Shown: positions 37,510-52,704 of the stretch, piece by piece
Layout of the letters: every line of letters starts with the position of its first letter
Position numbering within the stretch: position 1 is the stretch's first letter
DNA from: Euprymna scolopes
Taxonomy: Eukaryota
Assembly: GCA_053919585.1 (NCBI GenBank)
Contig: CM132795.1
Reading direction: 5' to 3' (one strand)
DNA: 64,000 bases
Position numbers and translations under genes: made by a program
The notes under the pieces: model-generated
The model's input: the letters and a program-made list of their open reading frames with translations, nothing else
Told to the model about the DNA's origin: nothing
The model's database searches: none

Positions 37510-39851
37510 TAGATCGAAACCATATGTTGGATTAAAATATTAAAATTAAATAGTAACAGCACAATCTGTGTGGATGATTATGCACACATATAACTCTGAC
37601 TGGTTAAGCATTGCGGTCAATAAAATAACAAGCTGCTATTATCGAAAATGTAAACTCTTTATGAGAAGAAATAGAGAAGAATTTGATAGCTGATATTTAT
37701 TAATAATAATAATAGTAATAAAGTGTTTCAATATAAGCATGAAGAAACTGTTTCAGGTCATTTCTATAAATGACCTGAAACAGNNNNNNNNNNNNNNNNN
37801 NNNNNNNNNNNNNNNNNNNNNNNNNNNNNNNNNNNNNNNNNNNNNNNNNNNNNNNNNNNNNNNNNNNNNNNNNNNNNNNNNNNNNNNNNNNNNNNNNNNN
37901 NNNNNNNNNNNNNNNNNNNNNNNNNNNNNNNNNNNNNNNNNNCATATATTCTTGATTCAGTATTTACGACAACGATACTCAATACATGAGTAGTTATAAA
38001 GAGTATAATAACACACCTACTGTAAACAGGCGACAGAAAAACATCTAAAGCTCATCTAACTTACAGCGATGATAGACTTATATAATTAAATAAGTTTTAC
38101 ATAAATCTCTCATTCCTATTTATAACAGTGTAAAGTGTATTTCTTAGAGAAAAACTTACACCCATTTCACAGTATTCCTTCACGTAAACAAATAAATTTC
38201 ATCGATTTCCACTAACACTTGAACGGCTTATGTATTACAGGCATACATATAAAAACAAGATATCAATATGTTCAAATATAGTTATATGCCACAATATATA
38301 AAAGACTTCATCTTCTTTTAGTAAGTGTCGTTTTTTAATGCAGATTAAATGGAAAAAAAATAATGTCTTTTAAAGAAAAGAAATTTGATTTCGTAGTGCA
38401 ATGAATCATTTAAAAGATTCCGTTTAATATTTGTAAATCCTAATAATTATCTTGAAAGTTTCAATAAAATCCCTCTTATTCTCCTCTCAGTAAAACCTAA
38501 GTATGTAAACATAGTTTTCTCATTTATAATTTTATTCATTTTTCCTTTAACAATATTTCAATTATTTCCTTTAAGAGCATTAAGAGTTTCAATCGCGTTG
38601 TGATCCATTCCAAGAAGGAAGTTTCATATTTCGTTCGTCCTATTCTCAAGATGACTTGCAGTTCATTTGTATTTGCCTTCTGACTCACTCGACGGGAAAT
38701 ACTGCTGATCCGTGGTTTTCATAATCAATTTCAATTCGGCTGGTTTTCTAACTATTAGAGAATTTTCTTAGCATTAGGAAATTGATTTAAAATCAAGTCG
38801 GATATGTAATATGTTTCTCTTCGAGTTTATATAATGACCTTCCTTTCGCAATAACAGGATCTACATTTTAGTCTACACTTCTTATATTATTCGGATATTA
38901 CCAGCATTGATTCTGATTAACTGGCTAGTAGTCATTTTGTTTGGTAAAAATACAAAAACTGGATGTACTTATAAAATATACCTTGAATGAACGTACACAC
39001 ATACACGTACACAAACACACGTACAAGGAGATTGTATGCAGGAATAGAGGTAATGTGAGAAGAAGCGCCGTTCGTTTTCTGCGCAGTTAACGACTTAGCA
39101 CAACACATCCAACATTAATGGCGAGCGAATATTGCTTTCATATATTAAAGAGTTCACATTAACCATTATAATGTGATTTTGATACAATTTATTCTACTTT
39201 TCATTTTTACATCTTATATAATCTAATTAAATTTATTTCATTCGTTATTTCCTAATTAAACCATTCATAATCTTTACCCAGTCTTGCTCTCTTTCGATGT
39301 ATTTGTATAATCTGCAACGCACTATCTCTAGTTATCTCTCCCTATCTGTGTATTTCTCTCTTTATCTATATAGCTACATATCCCCATCTTCTTGACACTA
39401 GTATTTTATTTCTGATCACAGGAAAACAAACTGCCTCAAATTCTTAAGTTGTTGATGTTTGAAAATTTAAAACCTACATTAATAATTTATAATATCAATA
39501 TTATATTTTCTCATTGGCATTTATAATAATCAATTCTAGTGATAAATGATGTAGCATAAATTGATTTTGAGCAGCCCTGCTATTTGCATCCAGTCAAGTA
39601 AACGCTCTTTTCTTATTTGATCGACATCCGTTAACTATACAACCACCGATTTTTGTCGATCAACTGATTGTATAGTTCACATATTCACTTTAGATATAGA
39701 TAAAAGCAATATAAACACGATAACACATCATATAATTCAGATTTGGAACAATTTTCAATAATATTTTATATGATAATGGTCTTAATCTTATTGACATGCC
39801 AAACAATGTTCGTTATAAAAGAAGACTTCGTTTTAAAACAAGAATTAATGC

Positions 39852-39930
39852 AAAATGCACATTTAGACGTTATAAAGCGAAATAAAAATGCACATTTAGA
39901 CGTTATGAAGCAAGATAAAAATGCACATAT
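39852..39930. repeat. 33-bp tandem repeat (about 2.4 copies)
   Basis: AAAATGCACATTTAGACGTTAT is repeated. Confidence 0.85.
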
Positions 39931-40413
39931 CTTGAGATAAAAGAATATATGGCCCTGGGAAGACCATTTGCATCAATCGGGTGTTATGTAATAAAAATGT
40001 GACTAAAAAGTGAAACATTTATTCAAATTAGTCAATAATGAGCCCCATAATCGATTTATCTTTTTAATGTCTGTATTTAATTGCTTTCCTACTGTTTACC
40101 ATTAAATTACTTACTGAATTACTTTGTCTCACGAGTACTAGCACATTTGCACTATTGATAACTGGGATGAAATTCATCTGTATTTAAGTATACTGTTCAA
40201 AGACATATCGAACTATTACTCTTTTTAAAGTTCAACCCGCCCCCTTTGGAACACCATTAAAACCGAGTATACAAGAATTAAGTGGGTGTTTATTTATCAT
40301 TAAGTATATAAAGGAGAAACAACAATAAAATTAATCGATAGACTTTTCTTTCAATCTGCCTATGAAAGACTCATTATTTCGAAAGCCCTTCTTGACTGAC
40401 ATCCAGAAAGAAT

Positions 40414-40760
40414 GAAGAAGAGCGTTCCAAAAGTAATGCGTTCTATTTTTCAGCCCGAATAGATCAGAATGAATTGAAAATTGAATTATTGCATTCTATG
40501 AAGTGAAAGTTTCATCTATCTGTTGCAGATGTTAAGTAAAACTCTAAAAAAGCAACAGTTGTCGTGGACGTGCGTCAAAAGTAGAGATGCGTCATTAAAT
40601 TCCTAACAAAAGTCCATTGATAACGGCAATGACTATGTAGAAAAATAAATCCTGGGGCGGAAAAGGTCATTCGTTTTAATGGTACCACTACCGTCGTTGC
40701 AGCTCTTGAACGTTTTTGAGTTAAAAAGTAGGAGGACTTATTTTTGGAATGACCCTCGTA
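40414..40760 (+). mobile_element. Internally deleted mariner element
   Basis: Degenerate TIRs (GAAGAGCGTTCCAAAAGTAA / TTATTTTTGGAATGACCCTCG-TA). A transposase N-terminal remnant DVRQK*RCVIKFL is joined to a C-terminal remnant IDNGNDYVEK*. Confidence 0.72.
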
Positions 40761-41611
40761 GAACCTCTGAACAAATTTTTAAAATTCCTCATTTTGATAA
40801 ATCGATTTAGCTAACAAATAGAAACAAGGGTCTTCCTTATTTCGCTCTCCGTTTCTAAAGCAACCTCAATGTGTATTATTACATATCTATTATCATATTA
40901 AATCTGATTTAATCAACGTTTGTTTGATTTAATCAACGTTTTAATCATAGGAAATATATGATAAAATATACCTTGTCTTGGAGATTGAGTTATGTTTGAA
41001 AAACTTACATTTTAATTATTCGAACTTGCCGAAGTTTGAAATTAACTCATCGGGTGACCCATCGACTACTCAGTTGTTACCTTTGCATACTCGCATTCGC
41101 TATTTATTGTTTTCCTCAACCAATTCATATTTTATACAGTGATTATCACTATCGCTTCTGGTACGTTTTCCCTCGTCGTTTATTAATGATCGAACATAAA
41201 ATAGAATCGAAAGAATAGAACTATTGGAATAGTCAATTGTGAACAAAACGAATATTACTCTAATATTATTAAATGACTTTTATACAAATGTGTAAAAAAG
41301 CATGCAACAGCCTTACGAGAAAATTCGATTTAAAATGTTTTTTCTGAAATTGTAACAATAGATATTAGACATCAATTAATAGATATTCGTCAAATTTCGG
41401 TTTCAATGAGATATTATAAAGGGTTTTAAGGGAGCAAAAGAAACACCTACGATTCAAAATTCAACGATATAAAATTTGCAGATAAGCATTAAGCACAAAT
41501 TAAGTAACATTGTTTCAATTTCAATTTCTTATAGCTATTAAATCTAATGTTTTACATCTTTAACATTTCTTAAAATAAAGATTATGTAACGAATTCTTAG
41601 CATATTTATTA

Positions 41612-41686
41612 CTAGCAATTCAGCCAGCTTTGCTCGGGCCATATATACTATTCATAACTTTATGTATGTATATATATATATATATA

Positions 41687-41730
<44 letters not shown>

Positions 41731-42443
41731 GTGTTTGACTCATGCCCAAGTAACCTACATCTAAAATTTCAAGTGTTTAGACACAAAATTGGCGAAGGAG
41801 TTGGTAAGGTTTGCAAAGGTCAAGTCTTTCAACTTTAACATCTTGGCTGTTAAATCTTTGCCCAAAAACTGATTTAAAAGCTTGCTGCATGTCTGAATAC
41901 TGTTTATGTAAAATTTCAAATGTTTAGATCCAAAATGTGTTGAATAGTTCGCTAAAGACCGTAAAGGTAAAATCTTTTGAACTTTACCCCTTGGTAGCCA
42001 AATTTTCGGTCAAAAACCGATTTACAATCTTGTCCTATGTCTGATTACACTTTATGTAACATTTTAAATGTATAGACAAACAATTGGTTGAGAGGTTATT
42101 TTTTTACACCTATTTTGACCCTTTAACCTTTATTGTTTTGGGCTCACACAAAATTAAAAAAGTTTGATCAATGCCCAAGAAACCTACATCTAAAATTTCA
42201 AGTGTTTAGACACAAAATTGGCGGAGGCGTTTGGTAGATTTACAAAGATAAAATTGTTGAACTTTGACCCCTTGACAGCTAAATTTCTGGCTGAAAACCG
42301 ATTAAAAAGATTTTCCCAAATCTCAATACTCCTTTATGTCAAATCTCGAGTCTGTAGACTGAAAATTGACAGAGTAATTTAGTATGGAAATGTACACACA
42401 TCAGACACACAGATAATTTCACTTTTATAGATATAAAGATAGA
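41612..42443 (-). mobile_element. Non-autonomous Helitron
   Basis: The minus strand begins A^TCTATCTTTATAT and ends with a GC-rich imperfect hairpin (GCCCGAGCAAAGCTGGC) followed by CTAG^T. It has internal subrepeats of about 150 bp (CTAAAATTTCAAGTGTTTAGACACAAAATTGGCG at 41761 and 42190). Confidence 0.75.
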
Positions 42444-42718
42444 TTACTATATCTTGATTTTAATCTTCATAAGTGGACAAAAATTCGTGTAAAATTGTTC
42501 TGCTGATGTGAATAATTTTATGCGTTCTGNNNNNNNNNNNNNNNNNNNNNNNNNNNNNNNNNNNNNNNNNNNNNNNNNNNNNNNNNNNNNNNNNNNNNNN
42601 NNNNNNNNNNNNNNNNNNNNNNNNNNNNNNNNNNNNNNNNNNNNNNNNNNNNNNNNNNNNNNNNNNNNNNNNNNNNNNNNNNNNNNNNTTTCTTAAAATA
42701 GGCTACGAAATACACCCA

Positions 42719-42802
<84 letters not shown>

Positions 42803-45464
42803 CTGTGTGTGTGCGTGCGTACTTTATATTTGATATATATTTAAACAGATACGTATGCATGAATGTAAGATTATCTTTGCGTTCGCACTTTTAATTATAT
42901 GCAACTCTTCTTGGTTGCTGTAAAATACTGCCCAGCGATTGGCTAGATAGGAACGCTGTTTCTGTCGCGTCAACTTCGACCTCTAGGCATGTATGGCAAA
43001 ACAGTCCGCACCAGAAGAGCTTAAAATAACGACATAGCGATAATTTTCTTTATCACTCTTCTTAGGTTTACATTCTTAATAGCTGTTTTTTTTTGGAATT
43101 TGTCAATATATTAACTATTGTTTTTATAAAAATTTGTATTTTCAAATTTTCATTTTCCAATTTATACCTATTTTTTTGTATAAAATTTATTATTTTAGTT
43201 AACATAACACAAGTATAAAACAATAAATTATTTCAGAAATTATAGTAAAAGAATGAATCACAAAGAGATGTGATAGTTACTGTTATTATCTATATTTTGC
43301 CCTTATTTATTTTGTAGAAATTATCGATATTTCAAGCATTTATTTTTAACGGAGAGCGACCATGGGCTATTTTTATCAACCTGAGATCAAGTGTTCCACA
43401 AGGACAAAGTTAGACATAAGATCCGTTTTTGATGTGGGAAACATCCAACACCCTCAAAATAGGCATTCTGGATTGGAATAAAAATAAAAATTGCCCAAGT
43501 CGCGAAAGATTTTTCATTCACAGACTGAAGACAACACATATGAAATGAAGTATCAAAACAGTCGCTTTGCTTTTAACCAAAAGACAAATGTCTCTGGAAA
43601 TAGATATTAGAGTAAAATTGACCTTAAGCGCTCTTTGAACTTGACTCATGATCTAACTGATATTCAATATTCTATTGAGTCCAATAAATAAATGAGATAA
43701 ACATTTCTGTAAAATTATCTTATTTGGAAGATTCTAAATCGATATTCGCTCCCTTATTTCAAATGTAAAGACGCACACAATAGTTTATTATGATAACATG
43801 AGATTATAAAAGTTTGTTTCCATAAGGCTTTTTCTATATATTGTAATCATACAGAATATGTAATAAAGTATTTCTTAGTTTTGGGATTGAGTTGTTTGAA
43901 AACATCCAATTTAATTGTTAAAATATGTAGCAACTTGCAATTAATTTTACAAGTGAACTATCTATCACTAATTGTTTGTTAGCATATATACGGCATAATC
44001 ACCTTTATACATTGATTCGGGCTAAATCACCGGTGTTAATAAACCTTGAACCTGATCACTACCATATTGGTGATCATGGTGCTGTATGTAGGAAGATGTT
44101 GACATGAAAGAACAGCAAAAAAAAACTGACCAACACATACATGCAACTGCGCGCTGCTTGCGAATTTGATATTCACATGAACTTCCTCATTCGAAGGAAG
44201 CACGTTCAACCCGCCTATATCAAGTGTCGCCTCAGTACGTTATGTGAAGTGTTTTTGTATCTCTATGCCTCTCTTACCGAATTTTGTTTTGCATTCCTCG
44301 ATATTATGGTTTACTATCTATATCACTTTTGTTTTTGTTACTCCTCTCTCAACCGCTTTGTTTTTTAACAGACAAAGGTAATAAAGAAAGATTAGGCTAT
44401 TCCATTATTAACAGAAATGATTAACACCGTGCGTAGTAATGCGACTGACCGATATCTGAAAGCGAAATATATAAAAAAAGAGAGGGGGAGAAACAATGAC
44501 AAAGTGAGAAAGAGAGAAAGAGAGAGTAGAGAAACGGACTAATTTGGCATTCTGTAATTTTATTTTTCATGTTTAACTGGCTTTTGAAATTAACTTCTTT
44601 TTAATTCAAACAATCTAACTCAAGTTAGTTACATTTTTGTTTAGTAACCAGTAATCATCACAGCTAAAATGAAAACAAAGGCTATTTCTATTTTTTTAAT
44701 TATAATTCGAACGCATTAAGGGAGCTAGTCTTTACTCATTAAAATGTTTTCAAGAGTTTATAGTCCTAGCAACAGCAACTGTAGCAGCAACCAAAAACGA
44801 GAAACGTATGCCAATGAAGGTTGTCAACGGGGAAGAATTTGTCATAACCAACAATTCACTATTTGTCAAGCCTAATACTTTAGAAATAGATGTGAGCATA
44901 TACTAGGAGAATATGTATATAGGTGACACATCAAATTAACCTAAATAGATTATCAGGAGATTATAAACTAAAGCAACACTAATAGCAGGAATCATCATTT
45001 TAGGATTTGATGAAATAATTGCAAAAGCATCATGGGAAATCCGAATGATTTTGTAGTGTTTTTAATGAAAGTAATAAAAGATGAAAACGATTAACAGAAG
45101 ATTAAACCAGATTTCCATGATTTCATTAAGTAAGCTACTGATTATTAGGTCTTGCAGGTAGTAACCAACTCGACAATTTATTTGACCATGAGTCTTCACA
45201 TGACTCAATCTCGTATCAAACTAAAGCTAAGTTGATCAACGTTTGTTTCCCTTAGGCTTTTTGTCTTTATATATTAATCACACAAGATAGATAATAAAAT
45301 AATCCTCTATGCTGCGATTAGTTTACCAATTAAAATATTACTTATTCTGTTTAACTGAGCATTCAATTATTTCACAAAATGACCAGTTACTGCCTATCAG
45401 TCTTTATTACTCATGATATTTTATTTGATGTGTGCTCTTATTTTATGCTGTATCTATCATTCAC

Positions 45465-45522
<58 letters not shown>

Positions 45523-45666
45523 TGTATGTGTATGTAATAAGAAAAGGAGAGAAAATACAAAGGAGCAGTCCATTATAGACAAAAGGGAATTACCGGCGCA
45601 TTTAACAAATAAGAACAGTTGATAGTTATAGCGAGCCGAAAGAGGCTTATTTTGATTTTTCTTTAT

Positions 45667-45711
<45 letters not shown>

Positions 45712-48260
45712 TACACACATATATATATATATACACACACACATATGTATATATACATATAAATAAATAAATACAACATTTTCTGAAGAATATATTTTGT
45801 CTCTGTTGTGTTGTGTAATGGGTTGTCAACGATTCAACGAAACACATGTAAGACGAATTCAATAAAAATTTGAATAAAATATTATGAGTAATTAAATACA
45901 TCGTCTGGTTTTTGAATGTCGACAAACGATATATTTAATTTTTATTTTGACTGGTCTTGCCAACTTACTTTTTCCTGTTCAAACTATTTTCTATAAGCTT
46001 GATAGTTGACCTAATGGGCGATATTTTTTCAAGTATAAAACTGAAGTTTATGCTTTATTGTAAAATATATAACTCAGTTAAAGCGTTATCAAGATGTGAA
46101 TGAGTGAACCTCAACTGATAATAGTCCAATAATTAATAGTAACACCTTGCTGACTAAAGGCAGAATAAGAAAATACAATTATGAGGTAATTAATACGTGT
46201 TTATTGCCATAAAAATGTAATATATTTGAATATCTTGCTCACGATTGTAAGTAATGTGACTATAAATATTAACCCATCATAAATAAAACGTTGCTTTTTT
46301 TTTTCTTAAAGGAATTACTATTTTTAAACATTATTAGTCCTTTTAATATTTGGTTTCTACTCTTTTTTTTATCTCCCCACAAGAGTTAGGCAGAAGGTGG
46401 GCTTGTAATGTGAAAAAATCCAGCTCCTCCAACATTTATATTTTGGATGAGGACAAAATAAAATTACGTCACGCTAGAAAGATTTCTCCCCTTACCGACC
46501 GATGGAAAGAAAAAGATGAAGTATAGAATCAGAAGAAATAGTTCACTTTATTGTAACATTTGGGAATTATTTAAGGGCATTATAAGCAATTCAATGAATA
46601 CGCTTTATTGAATACACGTTGTTATTTTCTTGATATATGAAAGTTACCCGGTTAATGTCTTTCTCCACAATATTAGTACGCAATTTGACATGATGAAATT
46701 TTAGCCTGTCATAGTCAATGCCGCAATAGAAACTATTGGCCAATAACGCATCCTATTACTTGGAAGGAGGCATATAACTATATTACCATATGCAAAGGTG
46801 TATTTATTTGTAAATATGTATCCGTCCCATCACAAAAATGTTAGTGAGTAGAGAACTATGCGATGAATCTATTTTACGTATATAGAAGAAGAAACCAAAT
46901 AATATACACCTTTCCATAACGAGCAGTTTTCCATTTTTTTTTTTGTCTTACGTCTTTTTTTTTTACTGATCTTATGTCCTTTCTTTAAACTTATTTTATT
47001 GTTTATAATCATTTTATTTATTTTGTTTGTTGATGGTCTTTAGTCTGTGATGTTTTTACGCTCTATTTTTAAAACTCGTTATGTTTATATATGAATATTA
47101 GTGCAAACTCAAGTTCAGTCATTTTGAACGAAAACTGGACACTCGCATGCACATAGTATATCAATCTGTTGAACAATTTAATATTAAGATATAGACGGGA
47201 TACGCTAAAGTAAGTATGACCAATTTGATATTAAAATGAATATATAACGTGAGGAAATGAATGCAGTCGTTTCAGTTATATACACCAAAACGTAAAGACA
47301 TGACTGTTTTAAAAAGAATTTAACAATAATTAGACAAAATTACTTCGTTTGAATATTACCCATCATAGGAAAGTATTAACCTTTTATGAATTTAATATAA
47401 ATACGAATAAAAATACAGGTGTTCATTTCTTAGGTATTCAAAAGTGACCAATAGATGGCACAAATAAAATGTTATTAATGTTTTTAAAGAATAAATTTAA
47501 ATAATAAGAAAAATTGTTCCAAGTTAATTTTCGCCTAGGTAAATTGTTAATGGAAGCAATTTAGACAATCGGTCAATTGCTGGTGGGGCAATTTGGCCAA
47601 TGTCCTTGATGAGTTCGTAAAAAACAAAATTTAAACTCAAGGTCACTAATATCAAGCATAGATACTGCTTTTTTATTATTCTTATTTATTGAGCTCGTAA
47701 ATAGTCGACTATAACTGAAAGTGTTTTAAAAACTTTTACTTTTGATTTTATTTTGTAATTTCTTTAAAAACATTTCCAACATCAGACTTGTTGAAAGATT
47801 AGAAATAATAATAAAAATTTTTAAATCTGCTCGAGTGAACAATGAGTCAATTTATTGTGCGATGGGTTCTACAGCATTTTCTGTAGATTGTTACTAACAC
47901 GTCCAGACAATTAACAACCAGATTTAATAGCAACGGCAGAACATGCGATTAAACTTAGAAGAAAGAAAAGCAAAAATTCGATGACGCTCTTGAATTAAAA
48001 AAAATATAAAGGTTTGAATTATTTTAGTCGGGATCAGTTTTTTTATCTTACGTCAATCACTGCGATTGATGCATTATTTTATTAAAGGAATATTTATAGT
48101 AATAAACAGTTCAATCAATAAAATCATTACCAAATACATATTGATTTCAAATCGATTTAGTTGAAAGATTTTATTCGTGATGTTATTAGACAACCGTTTC
48201 CCATAATGTTTTGTAAATTTTCTAATTAGAATAATGGGAAAACAAATTCTTTAAATAATA

Positions 48261-48770
48261 AACCGTTGCCAAGAACGACTGGAGTCTCTTTAGCAATTAA
48301 TTACTACACCTGGACATAAGAGATTATTCCGCTTAACCTTGATCCTAAACTTATAATGCTGTGCGTTTAGAATGGAGTGATCAAGTATTAGTTAAGAGTC
48401 TTTGGCATGACTCGACCTAAGATTGAACTCCGGTCGCCCAGTCGATTCGCGAATTATCATTAAGAGATTCAATGGGCTGATTTTTCTCTACATGTTTTGA
48501 GTTCGATCCATATTCAGGTTTCTTTGATACAAATATCGAATTGCAACCTGTCAAGTAAATGGATAGATCGTAATTGAAGGTGACCGAAATTTCCATTGAT
48601 GTAGGGATAGTGCCGCACTTTTCTCTTGATACGTCAAATTAATCTTGATCAACACTTTATATATCTAAGTGTTTAGCAAGAGGGCATCATGCACTATATT
48701 TAAGTTTTTGGCATGTTGCCGGTGCTACGACTCATTTACGAACACTCTATGCATCATGCGAAAATGGTCC
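48261..48770 (-). mobile_element. Two tandem decayed tRNA-derived SINE copies (MetaSINE/MESC-like central domain)
   Basis: The two segments 48261-48460 and 48565-48770 share CTTGATC...TTAT...TGTTTAG...TTTGGCATG. A B-box-like AGTTCAATC is on the minus strand at 48421-48429. The family assignment is from memory of cephalopod SINEs. Confidence 0.55.
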
Positions 48771-50214
48771 AGTAGCAATTAAGTAAATTCTAAGCATTTC
48801 ATTTTCCAATATTTTCTTTGGAAATCTGGTAATTTTGTAATTATTTACCTAGTTGGATTTTATTTATGAGCACCATATTATGGAATGGAACAATTATATG
48901 CAAAAATTCAAAAATTGAATGTATATAAAATATAACTATTTAGATTTTGGTAATACGCAAGTTTAAATGGACTTCGTGCCCTGTGACGTCAATTGCGCCA
49001 TTCCAAGTAGTTCCGAGAAAAGTGCACGACATCTCTAACTGCGCAAGAATCATCAGGTATGTTTTCGGAGGTGTAGATCGCCTTATAAGGAAGAAGATCT
49101 CGGATAGAGGAGGGCGGCGGAAGAACAAGCCAGATTTGGTCACGATATTTGCAAGGATCGATAAAATCTGCTATATGCAAACTACTGCCAAGACATATAT
49201 GCTTTTCATAGACATCTTTTCGCAGATTTTATGTTTCAATGTTGAAAACCGAGGAAAAGACATCAATTATAATGATAGAAATTAGATAAAAAAACTGTGA
49301 ACTTAAGTGAAAATTAAAAATAGAATGTTAAAACCGATTTACAGCAGGAAACTTTACACACGCACGATAGTGTACGAAGTAATATAAAAAAGACGAAACA
49401 AAATTACATAAACGTATTTGGTAGGAAATAATTAAAAATTGCGAATATGAATTGAAAGTGCAAACGAAAGTTGTAAAAATAGCTTTTAAACATACAGAAA
49501 TACGGATATACAGAAAATAATTAAAAAAGATATTAATTATGATTATTATTATGTAAATAAAGTAATGCATTAACAATTTTATTGTCACATGGTTCTTCGA
49601 GATATATTGCAATTTTTGTCCCGACAGAGTTTAGTTCAGAAAAGTTTGGGACGGGCCTCCAAATCCAGGCTACTTGCATATTTTTAAGGAAAGACAACCA
49701 CATAGTCTTACATTATTTGCTGAGTTTATTTTACGAATATTTTTCAAGAAACACAAAATCTGAATAAATAAAACATAAAGATATGTGGTTCTTTAATCAC
49801 AGTCACCAACAAAGCAAGCAAATCTAGTAGAAATTATAAGGTTAATTTGTAATTATTCTAATGACGGAACGTTCATTGCTGCTAATGTGAACTAAAAAGA
49901 ATTTAACTTCTGCCTTCCACTCAAAACATTTGTTCTAATGAAATCTTGTTTCACTGCTTCTAGAATTTATAGAAAGTTTAGATATAAAGATCAATAAAGT
50001 GTGGTTTATTCAAAATATTTTTCTAATCGAAAAATTCTCAAAGATTTTTTGGAATTGAAATGTTTTATTTCCAAAGATTTAACGTTAAACTAAATAGACT
50101 CTTAAAAAGTAAGTTTTAATCGATTTTTATCCTACACGGGACATTTCAGATGAGTTTGCGGGAAAAGAGTAACCTGCCAAAGAAAAGGTTTAGTAAGCAG
50201 TAAACGGCATTTCC

Positions 50215-50318
50215 TTATACGGCGTAATCGCGTTGACACACCTACTCTCGTTACATCACCGAAGTTAAGTGACGTGGTGCCTGGCCAGTACCAGATTTGG
50301 GAATGCTAGGCGCTCTAT
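50215..50318 (+). mobile_element. 5S rRNA-derived sequence (SINE3 head or 5S pseudogene)
   Basis: TACGGCGTAATCGCGTTGACACACCTACTCTCGTTACATCACCGAAGTTAAG...CCAGTACCAGATTTGGGAATGC, with an internal deletion in the C-box region. Confidence 0.72.
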
Positions 50319-50605
50319 GTTATCTTGCCAGGAACTGGATATTCTTGCTGTGTGGGACCGCTTGTGAATTTAATATTTCCTGTATAATTTCTTCCTCCAT
50401 TCCAGGCAGGGACAATACCACAATACGTATTACCAGTTCGGTTTTCGGATATTTTCTTATCTTTATTGATAGCAGCCAGAATGTCGTCGATTATAAAAGG
50501 CTTACAGTTCCATAGCATCTTCATATACATTGCCATTGCATTTAGATTGTCGTGCCGGATAAATATCTGCCTGCATTTGCCAATTTTATTATGGGGAGGT
50601 AAGAC

Positions 50606-50673
<68 letters not shown>

Positions 50674-50939
50674 TAAGGGGAAATATGAAAGTGATTTTCC
50701 AGTGAAAACGGACCAAGAGACCCAGAAGAAAATGTAATAGCATTGCTATTTTGTGTTTATACAAATCATTATTTTGTCCACATTTTTTAAAACAAATCTT
50801 CCAAGTCATTTGTTTCTTTTTAACTCGTAATTTATTTACAACTGATAAATTCGTTTACAATTTAAACTGTAAATAAAAGGGAACATGAAGCAAGAAATAA
50901 ATGAGAAATTAAAAGCGTGAGTAAAATCATCTCGTACAA

Positions 50940-51295
50940 ATATATGAAAGTATAAATAATAAATAAAAATGTATAAATAATAAATAAAAATGCATAAATA
51001 ATAAATAAAAAATGTACAAATGATAAATAAAAAATGTATAAATAATAAATAAAAATGTATGAATAATAAATAAAAAATGTATAAATAATAAATAAAAAAT
51101 GTATAAATAATAAATAAAAAATGTATAAATAATAAATAAAAATGTATAAATAATAAATAAAAAAATGTATAAATAATAAATAAAAAATGTATAAATAATC
51201 AATAAAAATGTAGAAATAATAAATAAAAATGTATGAATAATAAATAAAAAATGTATAAATAATAAAAAATGTATAAATAATAAAAAATGTCAATA
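50940..51295. repeat. AT-rich minisatellite of about 21-23 bp
   Basis: Unit ATAAATAATAAATAAAAAATGT repeated about 16 times. Confidence 0.92.
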
Positions 51296-52264
51296 AAATA
51301 CAAAGTCAAAGTCATAAAAATATTAAAAATCAAACGAACAAAAAAGATAAAGCGGATGTGCATAAGCAATTAAGCATTTAATTTTGAAGAATAAAAAAAA
51401 GTGCGGCCATAATGCACCAAAAAGGTAAATGCGGCTATCGAATCGACGGTTCATCATAGCGTAAATCGATAAGGTACGGTTGCACCAAACTAGCGACTAC
51501 AGTAGATTGGTTAGAGTAAGGGACGATGGACAAACTAAGACCCTGGCAAAAATCTGCGCCCTCCCGACAAATAAATAAGAATGAACAATTTAATATTATT
51601 TTTAAATAAATAATGTTTGCCTTCTTGGGCAATAAATATATTCCCATTGCAAAGGGCTAAGCAGGATTCGAACTCGAACATAATAGGTAACTGATAGAAG
51701 CCGATAGCCACCTCCTTCTCTTCTTCCTGTCCTCAGTCAATATGTTAATGAGATAATGTGCTCCGCCTACTTTCCTTTGAACACACCTCCGTTCCTATAA
51801 CAGCTTGTGTTCCTTGCAGGAAAGGCTCCTTGTATGGGTCGTCCTTGGCTCTCCCTGCACTTGGAAGTTAAACCTGTTGCATCTGAATGCATTTACGGAC
51901 TTGTATCAGAATGAGAAAGAGTTTCTGATCAGTCTTGCAAAACATAAGAATGGCCCCTTATAAAAAGCAATTATTTCATCAACTCTGCCTCCCCCCTTTT
52001 TAAAAGCTTTTCGTACTCTTTCCTTAAGTTATCAAACCTTAACTTTTACAGAGATCATTTTATCCTTACTGATCAGTTTTATTCCTCGTAGTTTACTTTA
52101 TTTTTTCTAATAATAAACATTTTTCCTTCAAGGATTTTTCTATTTTTTCAAACAAGGATCATTAGAATGCAATGTAATACGAGTAAAAGAAACCACTTAG
52201 TTTTACAATCATTTTTGGTGAAATCTTTAGAAAAATGAAAACAACACATGCACACACAAACATG

Positions 52265-52324
<60 letters not shown>

Positions 52325-52487
52325 AGAGAGAGATGGAGAGAGAGGGAGGGGAGATAGATGAAGATACATATGTGCGCATATAGCATATATTAATTAAGAA
52401 CATCAGCTACCTATATCAAATATATAGGTGTTATACTTGTTTGAGTTATATTTTTCAATGCGATTTGTATCAGTTTTAGTTTGTTTG

Positions 52488-52537
<50 letters not shown>

Positions 52538-52620
52538 CATATGCATATATATATATATATGCATGTATATATAGCTTAAAAAATCTATGCATCTATAATC
52601 TTACATAGATTTTATAGTTC

Positions 52621-52704
<84 letters not shown>

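Noticed and set aside
37748-37783. Perfect 16-bp hairpin CTGTTTCAGGTCATTT-ctat-AAATGACCTGAAACAG
   Set aside because: It ends exactly at an N gap and may be a contig-end fold-back artefact.
47600-47645. TTGATGAGTTCGTAAAAAACAAAA...TCAAGG as another hammerhead
   Set aside because: Too many core and stem changes are needed; it cannot be distinguished from chance.
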